Shown one piece after another: positions 26,354 through 40,937 of a stretch of DNA of 64,000 nucleotides (its first letter is position 1; the number at the start of each line of letters is the position of its first letter). A program made the position numbers and the translations under genes. The notes below the pieces were generated by a model. That model was given only the letters and a program-made list of their open reading frames with translations, made no database searches and was not told where the DNA came from. The stretch is from Chromera velia (taxonomy: Eukaryota). The stretch spans positions 1 to 64,000 of the forward strand of contig JAHBMJ010000388.1 of NCBI GenBank assembly GCA_018398765.1, read 5' to 3'.

Positions 26354-29300
26354 GTCTCTCTTTGGATCTTATTCTTTGCCGCCTGTCCCCAATTTCTCAG
26401 CTCTTCACACACGCACACACAGGCACGTGCGCATACCGCATGACTGAAAAGGCGTTCACTGATCCCAATCATTCGCTTACACAGACTACTGGCACCCTCT
26501 CTTCCGAATACACACCATCTCTCAGACAAGCGAAACAGACTCCATGCATCTGGCCGGACCATGCAGCCCTTGCATGATAGATTGATCAGCTACCCCCCCC
26601 ACGTGACGCACATCAGTCGGTTGCTTTGACTTGTTCTGTCTCGGATGGAAACTTCAATCAACGTTTGCACTTGATTGCGCAGAACCGAATGAAGAAGACT
26701 GACCTGCAATGTCAAAAGCTTGTCCACCAACTGAACCGCCGTGTTGATTTGAGTGGAGCCGAGTCTTGCGGGTCCCTCTGAGACCGTTTTGTCCTGCCCG
26801 ATCTCTACAGTCCCTCTGCACGCACACAGGAAGGCTCCGCATATACCTTTCTCCTCTCAATATCCCCCCGTTGTTGAAAGGCACGATGTTGGCGGATGAG
26901 ATGTGAAAATCTGTACTGAGTGGCCAAGGGTTCCGGAGCTTCATTAGCGTCCACGGACAGAGACAAGGCGATGGATGGCCATAACAAATGAGTCGGGCAC
27001 GGCAAAGACGATCATCGGCCAAAGAACCTCGGCCGCATCGAGGAAGGAAGGTTGTCGTAGAGGCACGAACGTGAATGGACAAAATTTCAGACACATGCAA
27101 TGAGTGTTGCAGGATGTGCAGACAGAAACATGAGGAAAGGCCAAGGCAAAAAGAGAAAGAGAGGCATTGGGAAGAGAAACTGGAAAATCAAGATAGCGAG
27201 GAAGAACGCTGTACGGCAGAGAAAAACAGGGAGTGGTGGGAAGGGAGAAGAAGGCAGAGGACACATGCAGAAGAATTTGATGACTGACTGACTGACTCGA
27301 GGCCGTTGATCAACAACGCCATTGCTGTTTCATCAGGTTCAATGCGGTCGACAGCATACAGAAGAGAGTCGAGCATCACGTTCTGGAGGGACTGGACCTG
27401 CGCAGGCGCATACGCGCATGTACGTTTCGATACTTGAGACAGACGAGCTTCACACAGACATGCAGGCAGAGACATGCAAAGCAGCAAGTGGCGACACAGA
27501 GCACCGTGCACAACCCCAAAACGAACTTTCTTTGTGGCTCTTGTGTCCTATCAAGGGAGAACTCTCTCGAAAACTTTTTGTCTCTCACGTCACGTTCTCC
27601 CTTGCATGGGAGCGGGGGGCTCTTTTCTTATTTATGGTCTTTATTGTCCGAAGACATGAATGTGAGTAGAAGGATGCATGCATACATGCAAGCGACCATT
27701 TAAGCAACTTACTTCTTGGCGAGTACTTGACGGGTTCACCAATTTGCGTGCCGTCGTGCTGGAAGTGACCACTAGCGAAACGAGGATGGTGGGTTCCATG
27801 AAGTATCTCTCAGTTTCCAGGAGAGTCTGCTCATGTGTGTCCAGAAAGAAATGCACCGATGATGAAATCACTCTTACAATGTCTAGACGGCGTGTTCACA
27901 TACGGAGAAGGAGACTTAATCCTTGGAAAAAGCCTATGATGGAAAACAGGTCAAAAGGCCCCTGAGAAAGCATACCGGACACTTCTGTGCTGAACGCTTT
28001 AATTCGTTTCTCGACTGTCGATTGTATCAAAGAGGAAGAAGTCAGTGGAGTGCTGCAGAAAGAACATGTTTCCTTGACTGGCTTGTGTAAAGTCGAATAC
28101 ATAGTCAACTTTTCCTCTCCACTTTATATTCGAATGGAAGACCAACAGCGGATCGAAGAAAAGATTTCTGACGTACCTGAATGTCTGTCAGCGAGAGGCT
28201 CTGTGTGCTGGTTGTCACTCCCACAGGGGCCGAAACAGAAGTCGCCCCCAAAGAGTCCATCACAAATACGAGCGCCTGAGAAGATCCTTCAGGAAGATAA
28301 GCGCGCACGGCGGAAGCTGCCGTAAAAGCTGTCAGAGGCGTTAGGCGTGCGTCTGTTGGTTGAAGAGGTGCGCTCTGCAGCAAAGAGAAGCAGAGGGGTA
28401 CGGAAGTGCGTCCGGTTGCCTTTTGGGCCCCGACAGAAAACAAAATCACAGCAAAGACCATGCAGCCTCCTGACAGAAGGACCCAGCAACCTGCCAAACG
28501 GACAACTGCAAGGAAGGGCCTTCAGTGCCATCTGTTTCTGCCAACGCTTTCTTCCGCTACTTGCGTTTCGTTATCAAATGTCTCTCTTCGTTCATTCGGA
28601 CCACTGACCGATGAATCGAGTGCACTGTTCAGCTCTCCCACATCTCTCTCCCACAGCGCAAAGAAGTACTGAAGAGGCCCCCCCGAATCGTCTGTCCAAC
28701 CAAAAGTGGACAAAGCGAACCGAGTTGTGATCGCAACTCCACTCCTGCATTCATTCAGTAAGGAAAGGAAACCAAAAGTGACAAAGAGAAAGTCTTGACA
28801 TTAAAGACGCATTGACGCACAGTGATGTGCTTTATCCAATCGTCTATTCTGCCTAATTTTTTTTGTCGTTCCGCTAGCCTTTAATCCATTCTGTCTGTCT
28901 CTCCTTTTTCTTTTGCTACGGCCCCTGTCACGGACGTTTTGCAGCGCTTGCAAGGAACTTGCCGTGAAAGCTGCCCAGGCCACTGCTCATAGGAAGAATT
29001 GATTATGCTCATAGGACTGAGACCAAGTAAGGTAGATCCGTCGTCCCCTTCCAATCCGCTGCATGCACCCCCTCTTTTGCTCATGCACTCACCTCGGGTT
29101 GACGTCCAGAATTCCCCCCGAGGGCGCTCTGTTGGCCTCAAATTCGTTGGAGAATGCGACCGCATACGCCAGTCTGCATGATGTGTGAGGTGGACGGACA
29201 AGGTGCATGGATGACAATTAATTGTGCTGCTGCAATTATCTGACGACCTGAAGTTGACGACAGTCGATCGGATTGCCGTACAACAGAAAAAATTCGATTT

Positions 29301-31685
29301 CGTTGCTTTTCACTAAATGATTATATACTTCTCGTAGCGTATCTCATGAAGGTAAGTCCATGTCTCTTCGCTTCTTCGCACTTTCTGTCCCTTCCTGCTT
29401 TCTTTTTTTCTTCTGCTTCCTCCCACCAGGCAGGCAGATTCTTTCAGGAGGGAGAGGCCCAAGGAAGGAAGAAAAACTCAAGGAACGAATGGAGAGAACG
29501 GGCTGGCCCACACGTTTTTTACGTGAGAATGTCGTGTAGACAGATAGAGGGAAATTCATCACTTTCGGAAATAGACTGTATGTCCTTTACTGCTTGCAGT
29601 AAGGGCATGGGGAAAACTCCATCAGAGCATTGTCCACAGGGACCAGGCCAATCGGCACTCCAGATCCAAAATCTCTGCGCATGAGATCGGAAGCTGCTGG
29701 CAGAGAGAGATTTTCGGCCCTTCGACTGTAGAAAGTAGGAAACATTCTCGTTTAGATAAAGAAATCACCTGTCTCCAAGAATTGTCGAATTGATCGCCAG
29801 AGGGGCACTGCCGAAAGATATCGCGCTGGTGGCCCAAAAAGCATACGAGAACCGGTATCTGCATGCACGCAAATGCGCATATACGAGCGGACTCATGAAA
29901 AGACCCCACACAAAGATGATAAAGATGCTCGCTGGAATTTCAAGAATGTGAATCTTTCGGAAAGAGAAAAGATCTCGTGTAAGAAATCGGAGAGGCATAG
30001 ATAACAGGCACCATTGCTAGTTACCTGCGTACTTACCTTCTGCCTGCTGCCAGGACCATATCGTAGTCAGGAATGGTCCCTGAGCAGGTCGTTCTTGTCA
30101 CTCCGTTCAAAAGAGCAGTCCCAAGAGGGTCTGTCGTCGCACTCACACAGTCTGAGGCTGCTGTCACAGCCTGCACCAACATTCATGAAGGCTCAAGAGG
30201 TGCAAGTGCATTTCTGACTGTTCACACATCGGCAGGTGACTCAAACGATCAAACAAGCAGACAAAGAGCGAGGGTCAAACAGTCTGGAGATTCTAAGGGA
30301 TCCTGCATGACACTTCCCTCCATCCAGCGGCCCATGCAGCACGATTAAGTGGCATCCTGTATCCCGCCCACCCACGAACCCACCTACCAACCTGAAGAGA
30401 GGAGTTCCGGTATTCGAGAAGAAACCCCGCGACTTCTACCGAAGAAGGGAGGGCCGAGCAGTCTCCTGATCCGCTGAAGTACGTGTAGGCAGAAACCCTG
30501 CAGGCAGGCGTGGAAGGACGGAGACAAACAAACGCACAGTTGCAAATACAGACAACAAGTGAAAGCATCTGACAGATGCAAAGACGAGAAGAGACTGAAT
30601 CGGTGAAGAAAGAAGGAAACAAGGGAACATGGAGGCAAAGAAACAAACAAAAAAACATGTGGAAACAAAGTCTTTGAAAGAAGGACAAGGACTCTTCTGA
30701 AAAGAAGAAGGGCAACACCAACTCAGAAAAATCTTCTCTATTCGTATTCATACAGGTTGGGGCTTGCTTCAATCAGAGAAATGCAGCAACAGGATGTCAA
30801 ATTGTCCCTGCAGGCGTTTTCCAACATAGAGATAAGTGACTCATGGACTGACTAACTTGAAAGGTGCTTCTGAGCTGATGTACTCTGGAACGCTTTGGAA
30901 GACCGGCTGAGGCACCGGGTCCGCGTCACTGTAGGCGGATCCACTGGTCTGTTGCCTCCTTCCGAAGGTCACTCGGACGCTTGCGTTGGCGATGAGAGAG
31001 AAGTCGCTGGCGGTAGGCTGACTTTCCGCGTCAACAAAGCTCACCGAAAGCGTAAAATCATACACAGAGCTGCAGAAGAGCGTATGAATCTCTTTCCACG
31101 TACATCACATCCCTCTTCTCTTAAATCATAGAGAAGTACGCACGGATGCAAAGGGCAAATTTTGATCGACAATTATCCGGGCGATTTTGCAGGCGGAAAG
31201 GAGACAGCAATGATTTGCCTGATTTCAACAGAATTGAGCCGGGCCAACCCAGACTCTCTAAACGTACAGCGGATGTATTGCAAAATTTGCTGATGCAGCC
31301 TCGAACGTTCATTCTGCCACAAAGAAAAGAGAAATGAATACATGCATGTTCGCCTCACTCACTCACTGGTTGACTCATTGACCGACCCTTCGGGAGGCAT
31401 GTCGTCACCCGGGGCCAGCGTGATGACCGGCAACGTGAAATTTGTCTGCCCAGGGTAGAAGTCGGCCAGGTTTTCCAGAGGCACCCCGTCCTGCATCCTT
31501 GCATGATATGAACGTAATGATCAGCCCCAACCCTCATAGGCGAGAGAAAGAAAGGGACATAAAGTTCGAGCGAGAGCGGAAGAATGCGATGGAATCCCAG
31601 AAGGAAGTCTAGCGCTGCCTGCCAGGCTCGGTGGCCCACTGGATGCTTCTCTGATAGTCCAAACAACGGACATATCACACACACA

Positions 31686-31725
<40 letters not shown>

Positions 31726-32189
31726 GAGAAAGAAAGAGAACACACAACATCTCTCCCTAAGGAAAGCTAGAGGCAGAGGAAGAGCCGCGAGAGAAGCAGG
31801 GATGGAGGGAAAACAAGAACCTCATTCACTCACCAGAGAAACGCAGTCGTAAACGATCTGCGGAGTCACTTGCGCGGGGAATGGATACACAGGAGTCCGT
31901 ACACGGGTTGCTGCCCAGGGGCTGTCCGGCTGCGAAGAGTTTGCTCCTGCTCGTCGAAAATGCAAAAAGGAGGGAAAGAGAGACAGCAATTTAAGTAAAT
32001 TTCCTCTTTTCGATCCACTCAGGAGTCGATGAATTCGTGAGGCCAAGACTCAAACTGTCAAAGAACATGCAGTCTGGTGCATTTCAACATGCAATCAACT
32101 CGACAAGGCATACCAGACCCACCCGGGTGAGGAGGAAAGAAACAACATGGAATTTCTTTATTCGATGTCTCCACCCCCTCCTCTCCCGC

Positions 32190-32223
<34 letters not shown>

Positions 32224-33007
32224 CTCTTGGCTGTCTGATCTCTCTTGATCTTGCTCACTCTATTGACACGACGAGTAGCTACAGATCCCAGACTTCCAGA
32301 CTCCAAGTTGGACTTTGAAAACATTCGAGCGTTTTTCGATTTCTGTCTATAGGGAGGAAACTGGCCAACCTGCAGGGGTTGCCATCTCTGTGGTGGACGG
32401 CTGAGGAGTTGTGGTTGCGGGCGCTGTGCCTCCCGATGTCGTCGGAGAATAGGAAGACGTCCTGCAGAGCAGTGAACATGTTCGCACGCACATGCATTTC
32501 TGCGAGCCTGTGTAAAACCTTATGAATGATACATATGTACATTTACGGTACCAGCTGCACAGATAATCAAAAGGTTCTACATAACAAAAGTGTGGTTTGC
32601 ACTGGACACAAAAGAGCCGTAAGCGCAAAGCAGGATGAGGAAAAAGGCCATCTCAGCGACCCCCGAGAAGAGTAACGAAACCGAGAAAGTGCTCTTTGCA
32701 TCAATATATGCGTCTCTCTCCTGCATGTGCTCTTTTGCATTCTTTCTGTTTCCAACTTGATTGCATGGGATCCACTTCAATTGCGACAGCAGGCAATGCC
32801 TTCCTTTCTTCGGTTCTGCGTGCACCACTTCGGAATTCCGTGCCCTCGTTCGTCTTTTTGTATATCTGTCTATCTGTCTGTCTGTCCGTCCGTCCGTCCG
32901 TCCGTCCGTCAGTCTTTCGACAGGCCGTGCGTCTGCATGATTTGTGGACTTAGCGAAAGTACGGGTGTGATACACGCCACCACAGACAGACAGACAGACA
33001 GACAGAC

Positions 33008-33040
<33 letters not shown>

Positions 33041-35282
33041 CATACACACACACTCCTCACCCAGGTGCTTTGCAAACCTTGCTCTTCTCTTTTACCTTGC
33101 TGTTCGACCAAGCACTAGGGCGATGAAAAGGCGAGGATTGACAATAAGAGACGAGACAGAGAGAGGGAGAGGAACAAACCGAGAGGTCGAAGTCGTTGTC
33201 CCAACTGTTGCGGCGCCACAACTGCAAAGACGGGAGGCCATCCAAGTAAACAAACATGAGAGGCAAAACGTCGGATGGCCCTTTTATGGGGCGTGGGTCT
33301 CTGGAATTTACCTAATGCAGACAAACAACACAACGAAAAATGAAAAGACGCGAAGAAGGAGAAAAAAAAAGGAGAGAAGGAGGATTCCGGCAGAGTTTTG
33401 TTACAGATTAAAAAAAAAAACGACCGACAGAGATAAAGTGCGTATGTATTGGGCAGTCAACAGAGGAATTTCAAACAGCACTGACAGCTAGTCAGGGCGC
33501 TGTGCGCCCACACACAGGGACGTCTAGCAGCTCAAGCATGCTCAGATATTAACCTCTGATGGGATCAGGAAACAGTGATCGAGCGATTGACTGACCAGCC
33601 GATCGACTGTCTGACAGATCTGACTAATTGAGTGAGGGAAAGAGCGGCTCAATAAGTGAATGACAGTCTGACTGACGTCCACGAGTAGCTAAGCCCTGCA
33701 GTTTGTGTCGATCTGGCAACGTTCTTCATAAAATTCGGGTCGAAGGACTGGGAGGCGTCGAGCACAAACGGGCACCGGACGTCGTGCAAAAGTTCTCTGC
33801 GCATTCGATCGATCAGCATGAAAAGGACAAACGTTCATAATTCAGTACGACTCAGTCAGTCATATTAGGGTGAGAACAACATGGACGAACTATGAGGTCT
33901 CTCATTTCTTCTTTTTATCTCCATTTCTCCTGATCACTCGACTTCAAACCAAGACTACAAGCAGAACAGATGAGACCTTATGGGTTGTCTGGAAGGGCTT
34001 CGGTGCCTCTCCTTTCGACAAGCAAAGAAGCAGACAAGATGGATTGCCGTGTTTTCTCTTTTCTCATGAGCTTCCGTTTCAGTCGTGCACAGAAAGACGG
34101 AAACATGTTACAGGACATAGACGCTTCCGGGAATGTGAGGTTGCCACACTCCTTCGAATCATTGAATCTGCGGTGCAGAAGGGAGAATGAAGCACAGAGA
34201 AGTGCATCAAAACATACATATGTATGACAGACTTGTACGGGAGAACTGGCACTGGAGGGAGCCGGTCCGCCGTCGCAACTGTGAAAACAATGGACGCAAC
34301 ATATCGCCCAGCTGGGTAAAAGGCAGTGTCCAGATCGTGTTTGATCAGAACGAGACTCTGCAAGCAGGTAGGCAGACGGGCAGGTAGAGGAATGTGGACA
34401 GGCCGACAGATAAATAGACAGCGCAAAGAAAGGGAGGCAAAAACAGAGGCGAGGGGAAGAAGAGAAAGAGGTCAATCTGTCGATATTTCTGCGCAGCATA
34501 AGCAGCTCCAAACGCCCTGATGTTTATAGGTTGTTCACTCTCCGAGCACTTTCTTTGTATCGACCCATCTGTCTTTGTATCCTTCCCTCGTTTCATTCAT
34601 CCCTGCAAGATCTGGTCTAGCTCGTTGCTGAAGGAAGCCGACCACACAAACCTGCGCTGTCGGTTCAACGGATGAGTCGTAGGAGTCCACGTTTCCTGAC
34701 ACGCGTTCCCTACTTGCCGCCTCTTCGGCCTCTGTTCCATAGTATGCAATCAGCTGCAAAGATGTGAAAAAAAAAAAGGGTCGGATAATATTCTGAAGCA
34801 GATAAGAGGAAACACGGTGAGAGGTAGGGGGAGGCAGAAGGTCACAGATCGAAGGGGATGGAGCAAAAAATGAAAGACCGAAACCTTCAGCCCGCTCGAG
34901 AAAACGAGACAGATTGTGAATCTTTCTGTTTTGTGTCTGGCAGGCCCATGTTTTTTTTACAAGATCTTGGAACCTGTCACTCCGAGATGTTGGTCTGCAG
35001 TCTGTGCATGTGCACGGAGAGGGAGGCTGCAGAGAGAGAGCTGAGTGCTCCGACGGACTGAGAAGAGGTGCACACCTACCTCAAAGGTGTAGTTGTATCC
35101 GGGTCTGAGGACGTTGGACGGAATCTGCAGGGTGCTCTGTGAGGAGGTCAGTGCTCTGAGGGCGTCAATGTTGAGCGTGTGACGGTAGGACGGGGTGGTT
35201 TCAGGAATCTGTCTCCACTTGTAGATCACAAACCTGCACGTGCACACGCACGCACGCACACATACATACACACACACACACA

Positions 35283-35319
<37 letters not shown>

Positions 35320-37991
35320 GCACACACACACGCACACACACGCGAGCGCGCGCGCCCTCTAGTGCACTTTCTCCCATGATCAAAGCATCTATGGATACCT
35401 GAATACAGTCGAAAAGGAGGAAAGAGGGACAAACGATCTTTACGGTGCTTTACAGATCGGTCGACAGAACGGAAAAAGAAGTCTGATTGAAGACCAATGT
35501 TCCAACAAAAAGTGAGAGAGAGACGCAGAGTTGTCATACAGAGAGGGCAGAATCATGTAGATATTCGAGCGAGCAGATTTTGTCTGTCTATCTATCTGTC
35601 TGCCTTTCTCTCTCCCCCATTGACGTTCCAGAAACTATCTATGTGTGAGAGAGACCTCAGCAAATGCAGCCTGGTGGATGGAGAGATAAGCGCCTGTTCA
35701 GAGAAACGTGCAAGGTGAAGGGAAAGGACTGGACGACCAAGCCAGTTCGCAGACTCACTTTTCAGCACACACCTGACTGACTGACTGACTGACTGACTGA
35801 CTGACTGACTGACTGAGTGACTGACTGACTGACTGACTGACTGACTGACCGACTGACTGACTGACTGACTGACTGACTGACCGACTGACTGACTGACTGA
35901 CTGACTGACTGACTCCGAGGAGCTCCTCTGACAGCCTTCAGGAAGGACCCCGGCTTCCGACCCGCCGCTTCCGAGAAGGCCCGCCTCCAGAACGACACCG
36001 AGGGAGGGTTCGACATCCTCTTTTTCGTTCGAGGAGAGGGGACGAATTAGGGGAATTGCCACGGTCACGAAGAACACGTTCGCCTGCAGGTGTTCTCTTA
36101 TTGACACATGACAGTCGGTTGGTTCTTCGTTAGCTCCTTCCTTCCTTTATTCATTCATTGTAAAATTCATCCATGCATGCATGCATTCATTAGTTCATCC
36201 AGGCAGGCAGGAAGGCAGGCAGGCAAGCAGGCAGGAAACCAAAGCACGCGAGAGAGAGTGCAAGCAACCGACAACTTTCGATGCAAAACGTAGCCGATTA
36301 CTGAATAATTTGGAGTAGAAAACGGAAAGGAAAGATGGGTGATGATGAAGATGAATTACACGCATACAAAACAGAGATGCCAAAAACAAGTGTTTCATGC
36401 ATAAACAGGATTTCTCAATATTGGACAGGCGTGCCAAAAGAGAGAAAAGAAGCGAAAGGTTATTGCGGGGGGAGACTCCTGTCTGTCCAAAAGCAAAAAG
36501 CCAAACCTGCCTTTTCTTTGAGTGTGAAACCCGCAAAGTTTGTCACTGTGACTGAAAAGTTGAACCTGCAGTTAGTGATCACTCATGTATGGCCCACAAA
36601 CAAACGCATTTTGCCCCTTGCTCTTTTCCTGCACATCTCCAGAAACTTCGATGGAAATGTGTTTCCTTCCTTCATTCATTCAGCCTAATCGACAAAGTAA
36701 AAAGCACTCCGGCCTGATTGAAGCTCCCAATATCTTGAATAAAATGGTAGGGGGTCAATACACGGCCTGCCACCACGACAATGGATCCTGAAAAGAATGC
36801 GAACAAAGGACGGCTGTATACCATAGCAATGTCCGGAAAAAGACAGTGCATCATTCCTGATGCCCCCCCCCCCCGGCGCGATTTGGTCACCAGCATTTCA
36901 GACTTGGACATTTCGTTTGCGTGTGTTGTCCGAGAGGTTGATCGAGCATAGCCATGCATCTAAAGAGGTACTCTCCCACTCAATCACTCACCTGCTGGAA
37001 AAGGACGAATCAGTGGAGGCCTGCAGTCTCCGTCGTCGCAGTGTCTCGTGCACCTCGAATGTGCGTGCGTCCTGCAGGGCTGCGTCCTCTTCTTCCAGGC
37101 TTCTTCCCGTTCCGTCTTCTGAGAAGAAGGGAGAGAAAGAATACGAAGACGCGCCTCCTCTGACAGGAAGAAAGTCCTCCCAAGAGAAGACGACAGCAGG
37201 AAACGAGTCTACGGACTGGAACGATTCTGTGAGGATCCTGGGATCTCCCAAGATCCCTGTGTGTGCCTGATCGCGTTGATTTCCCCTCTGCAGGCTTCTG
37301 AGAGGATCCGTGATCGGTTGGGAGCCGTCCTGCATGCAGGCAGTCGTTGCACAACCGGTTTGGTTGTTTTGTCAATCCAAAATTAAGGCATAGACCTTTG
37401 AATGCTGCTGTTGATTGTATGTACTCTCCCACACATTGATTGGGCGGATCACGTCTCAACCCCCACAAAGTGACTTCTTTGCCATGATTCTCTTGGCGGG
37501 ATCGAGGATTCGCAATCCGTCGACTTTTTGAAGCAAAGGTAAGAGAAACCCTACTGACACTTGCACCAAAACAATCACATAGAGATCTCACCGAATTGTG
37601 TTGTAAACAAAGCTAATCCAGTCATTTCACAGATTGAAGTTGTTTCAGTGTGAGAGGACAAGAAAGGTTGTCAAACACTGCAAATAGACAGACACCGGGT
37701 CCCCATGCAGTCTTCACCTAAGAGCGCAACCCCATAAATGCCACTCCAGTCCCTCAAGGAAGGCCCTTCCGTTCCCTTCATCCATCCATCCATCCATCCA
37801 TTCCACCGAGCGAATGGGTGAGTCACTTGAGATGGTTGCAACACCAACCAACCTGTACGGGAAAGAGGTTGTATTGGGTCTGGAGGCCGAGGAACCAGGA
37901 GTTGCGGGCCCAGGGAAGTTCAGACACCACCTTCCATCCCAAGTCATCGTCTGCAGAAACAAAGAAAGAAAGAAAAAAAGAAAGAAGGAAG

Positions 37992-38027
<36 letters not shown>

Positions 38028-40902
38028 GAAAGAAGGAAAGAAGGAAAGAAAGAAAGAAAGAAAGAAAATGACGTGGGATAGGGAGGACAGAAAGACACAT
38101 GCATTCGTTGCAACCCGTCCACTTCGAGTCGTTTGCTCCACCAAATCAGCAGAAAGCATGCATGCAGAATCATAATCAGGCCTCTGTGACTTTGCCCTGC
38201 TCTTTGTCTCTCTGTCTCTCCTATCTGCGCATCTCTATCTTATCTGCACACGTGCGCGTGAAGATATGTATGCCCACCATTAGAGAGGAAGAGAGAGAGC
38301 GCGAGAGAGAGACCAAAAGACGAACGAGACCCGTGAAAGAAAACAAAAGAAACCAACACCCAAAGAGAGGGAGGCGCATGGAAGAAGAAATGGAAGAAGG
38401 AGAAACAGACGCGCCGACGCACTCGCAACGAGGCCCTCCAGGTTCTTGTAACTCGAAGCACAGCAGCACACAAGGGTTCCAGAGTTGTCCAGAAACCCCA
38501 AATTTCTGCATTCATTTTCACCCCAAGTTTCATACATTCGAAAAGAATTGAAAGGGAAACCCCAAATTTCTGTACGCACAACAGCAGCCAGAAGTGCAGG
38601 CGAAGAGAGAGAGGGCGACAAGTCACGAATCAAATGAGGTCTTATGCGGTCTCTACAGTTTGACTGTGATACTCCAGAGGAAAGCAGAACCGCAGACAAG
38701 AAGAAAATCTCGAAAGGTTGTGTGACAAGGAGACCACTGTGTGCATAAGGAGGCACAGTCATGTACTCAGACATCCACAACAAAAAAACGGAGACAAAAA
38801 GGAGCTTTTAGGGACAGGCGAGATGCAGGGAAGGCTCTTTGTTTCATCCTTTGCTTCTCGAAGAAAATCAGAGGGTTCTTTGAATGTGACCTGCAAGTGG
38901 CAGAAAAAGATGTTGTGCAGGTGGTCGCCTGGACGCACGTGACCTCCGACTTTGAAGCAACGTTGGGCGGCGTGGTCACCGAGGACGGTAGGCTAACCTG
39001 CAGGCAGACAGAGAGACAGACAGACAGACAGACAGAGTCCATCCTTTGAGAGGAGCACCAGACTCAAAAACATACACGTTTACCCAGTCGGAAAAAGTAC
39101 CATTGCACAAAACGCACTTCAACGCTGCGCATTTGGCACCCTTTTAAAGGCACTTTTCGCTGGAATAGAGACCGAAAGGGAGCGCAACAAGAAAAAAAGA
39201 GCAGACCTCAACCAGCGGACTGATTCTTTTTTTAGACAAGAAGGAAAAGAGGTTTTTGCGGATTGAATCCCGTACATACTCAAAAAAGGGGCCAACCCCC
39301 CAATCCTGCATGCGCTCTGAAAGCCCTTCTTACGAAAGACTGCCAATCAAACTTTGCAGACACATGCCCAAATTACAAACAAATTTTTCCTCGTCTTCAC
39401 TGAAAAATACAGAGGCCACCCCGGTAATTCATTTTATTTGCGGCCCATCATTCATGTTACACCAGTAACGAAATAAGCAAGGGGACAAGAACGTAAAGAG
39501 TGTGTTTGAAGTTGATCTTTATACGTCATGTGGGCACAAAAACACAGGGCAAGGTTTGTTTGAGACAACCGCCATTCCTCCCGTCTGGCTGACTGGCTGA
39601 CCGCTGCCTTGTCTGTGAACTGCGAATCTAGGTACGATTGCACGCGGGTGCCCAGAATGCTCTCTCCAGGGACACCCAGAGGGGTTTGGTCGACCGCCCA
39701 GGAGAAAGACAACGCCCGCCCGCCCGAACCTGCCAGCATCATCTCAACAAAAGAAAGAATGGAAGATCAGCGAAGACGATGAAAAAAAAGTCTATGCCGG
39801 TGTAACCAAGACATGCAGAGAAATTGAATGAATCGGGTGCCAGCGCATATCATGTGGATTTGGGAGCTGTCTTGAAGGGAGAGGATGCGCAGACCACCGT
39901 CCGGCCGGAAGGAAAACCAAAGGAAGGATCCCTCCCTGCTGCTCTCCTGGTCAAATCATGATTGTTAATTTACTGATTCATTGGTTTACACACCGGCTAC
40001 TCTATTCATGTATTCTTGCACTCGTTTATCCACACATTTCTAATCTGTCTCGTGGCAGAAACTCAAACTTTTCCTCCGTTCTTTTGTTTTGTCTCTCCTT
40101 CGCGGACCTTTGAGAATTTCGGCGTGCATGGCGACCTCCACACAGGTCGAAAAGAAGGCTGGAGCCACGAGGTGAGCTTCCATTTTTGCCTCAATAAGAG
40201 AACGCTCAGGGGGAGAGGCCTTCAGAGCGATAGAGGCCTGATCTGTGGGGAGATAGGCGGACAAGGAACTGAGCTGGTCAGACGTCAGGGCGTCCCGCAA
40301 CAGTCCCCTCCCACTCCCACTTCCACTTTGCGGTCCAATCTCCTTCAGCTCCCTCTGTCCTGCCTCCTTTCCCTTCCCGAGAAATTCAACCAGAGAGTCT
40401 GGGTCAGATGATGCTGTCATACTTGCTGTCTGGGAGGTGAAGTCCGACATTGAGGAAAGAAGCGAGGAGGAGAACTCGGGTTGAGGCTGGCGGTGTAGTT
40501 GTCTTCTTGTGATGTTCTCCCGACTTGCAATCAGCTCCGGGTTGTGAAACTGATCGATCTCGCTCGTGCCTCCAACCTGCGTATTTGTTTGAATTGAGTG
40601 AGCTTACTATATATTTTTTGATTGTCTGTGCATTGCCCTTTTTGCCTCTGTGTGTGTCTTCTTCGGCTCTAGATAGGCCTCACAAGAACTCCTTGAGCGA
40701 AGCATGTCTCAAAGTCTCGATAAGGCCTTGTGTAAGAACGCCACATGATCACAGACTGGGAAGCTTCTTTTTTCCTGCGCCTGCAGGAACTCTTCTTTCC
40801 TCTTGAAACAGCTGCGAGAATGTCGAATCAAATTAGATTTTTCTCGCTCACTGCATACGGTGTCTGAGAGTTTGTTCAGGTTGCGTCTCTCGCATGTGAA
40901 TT

Positions 40903-40937
<35 letters not shown>
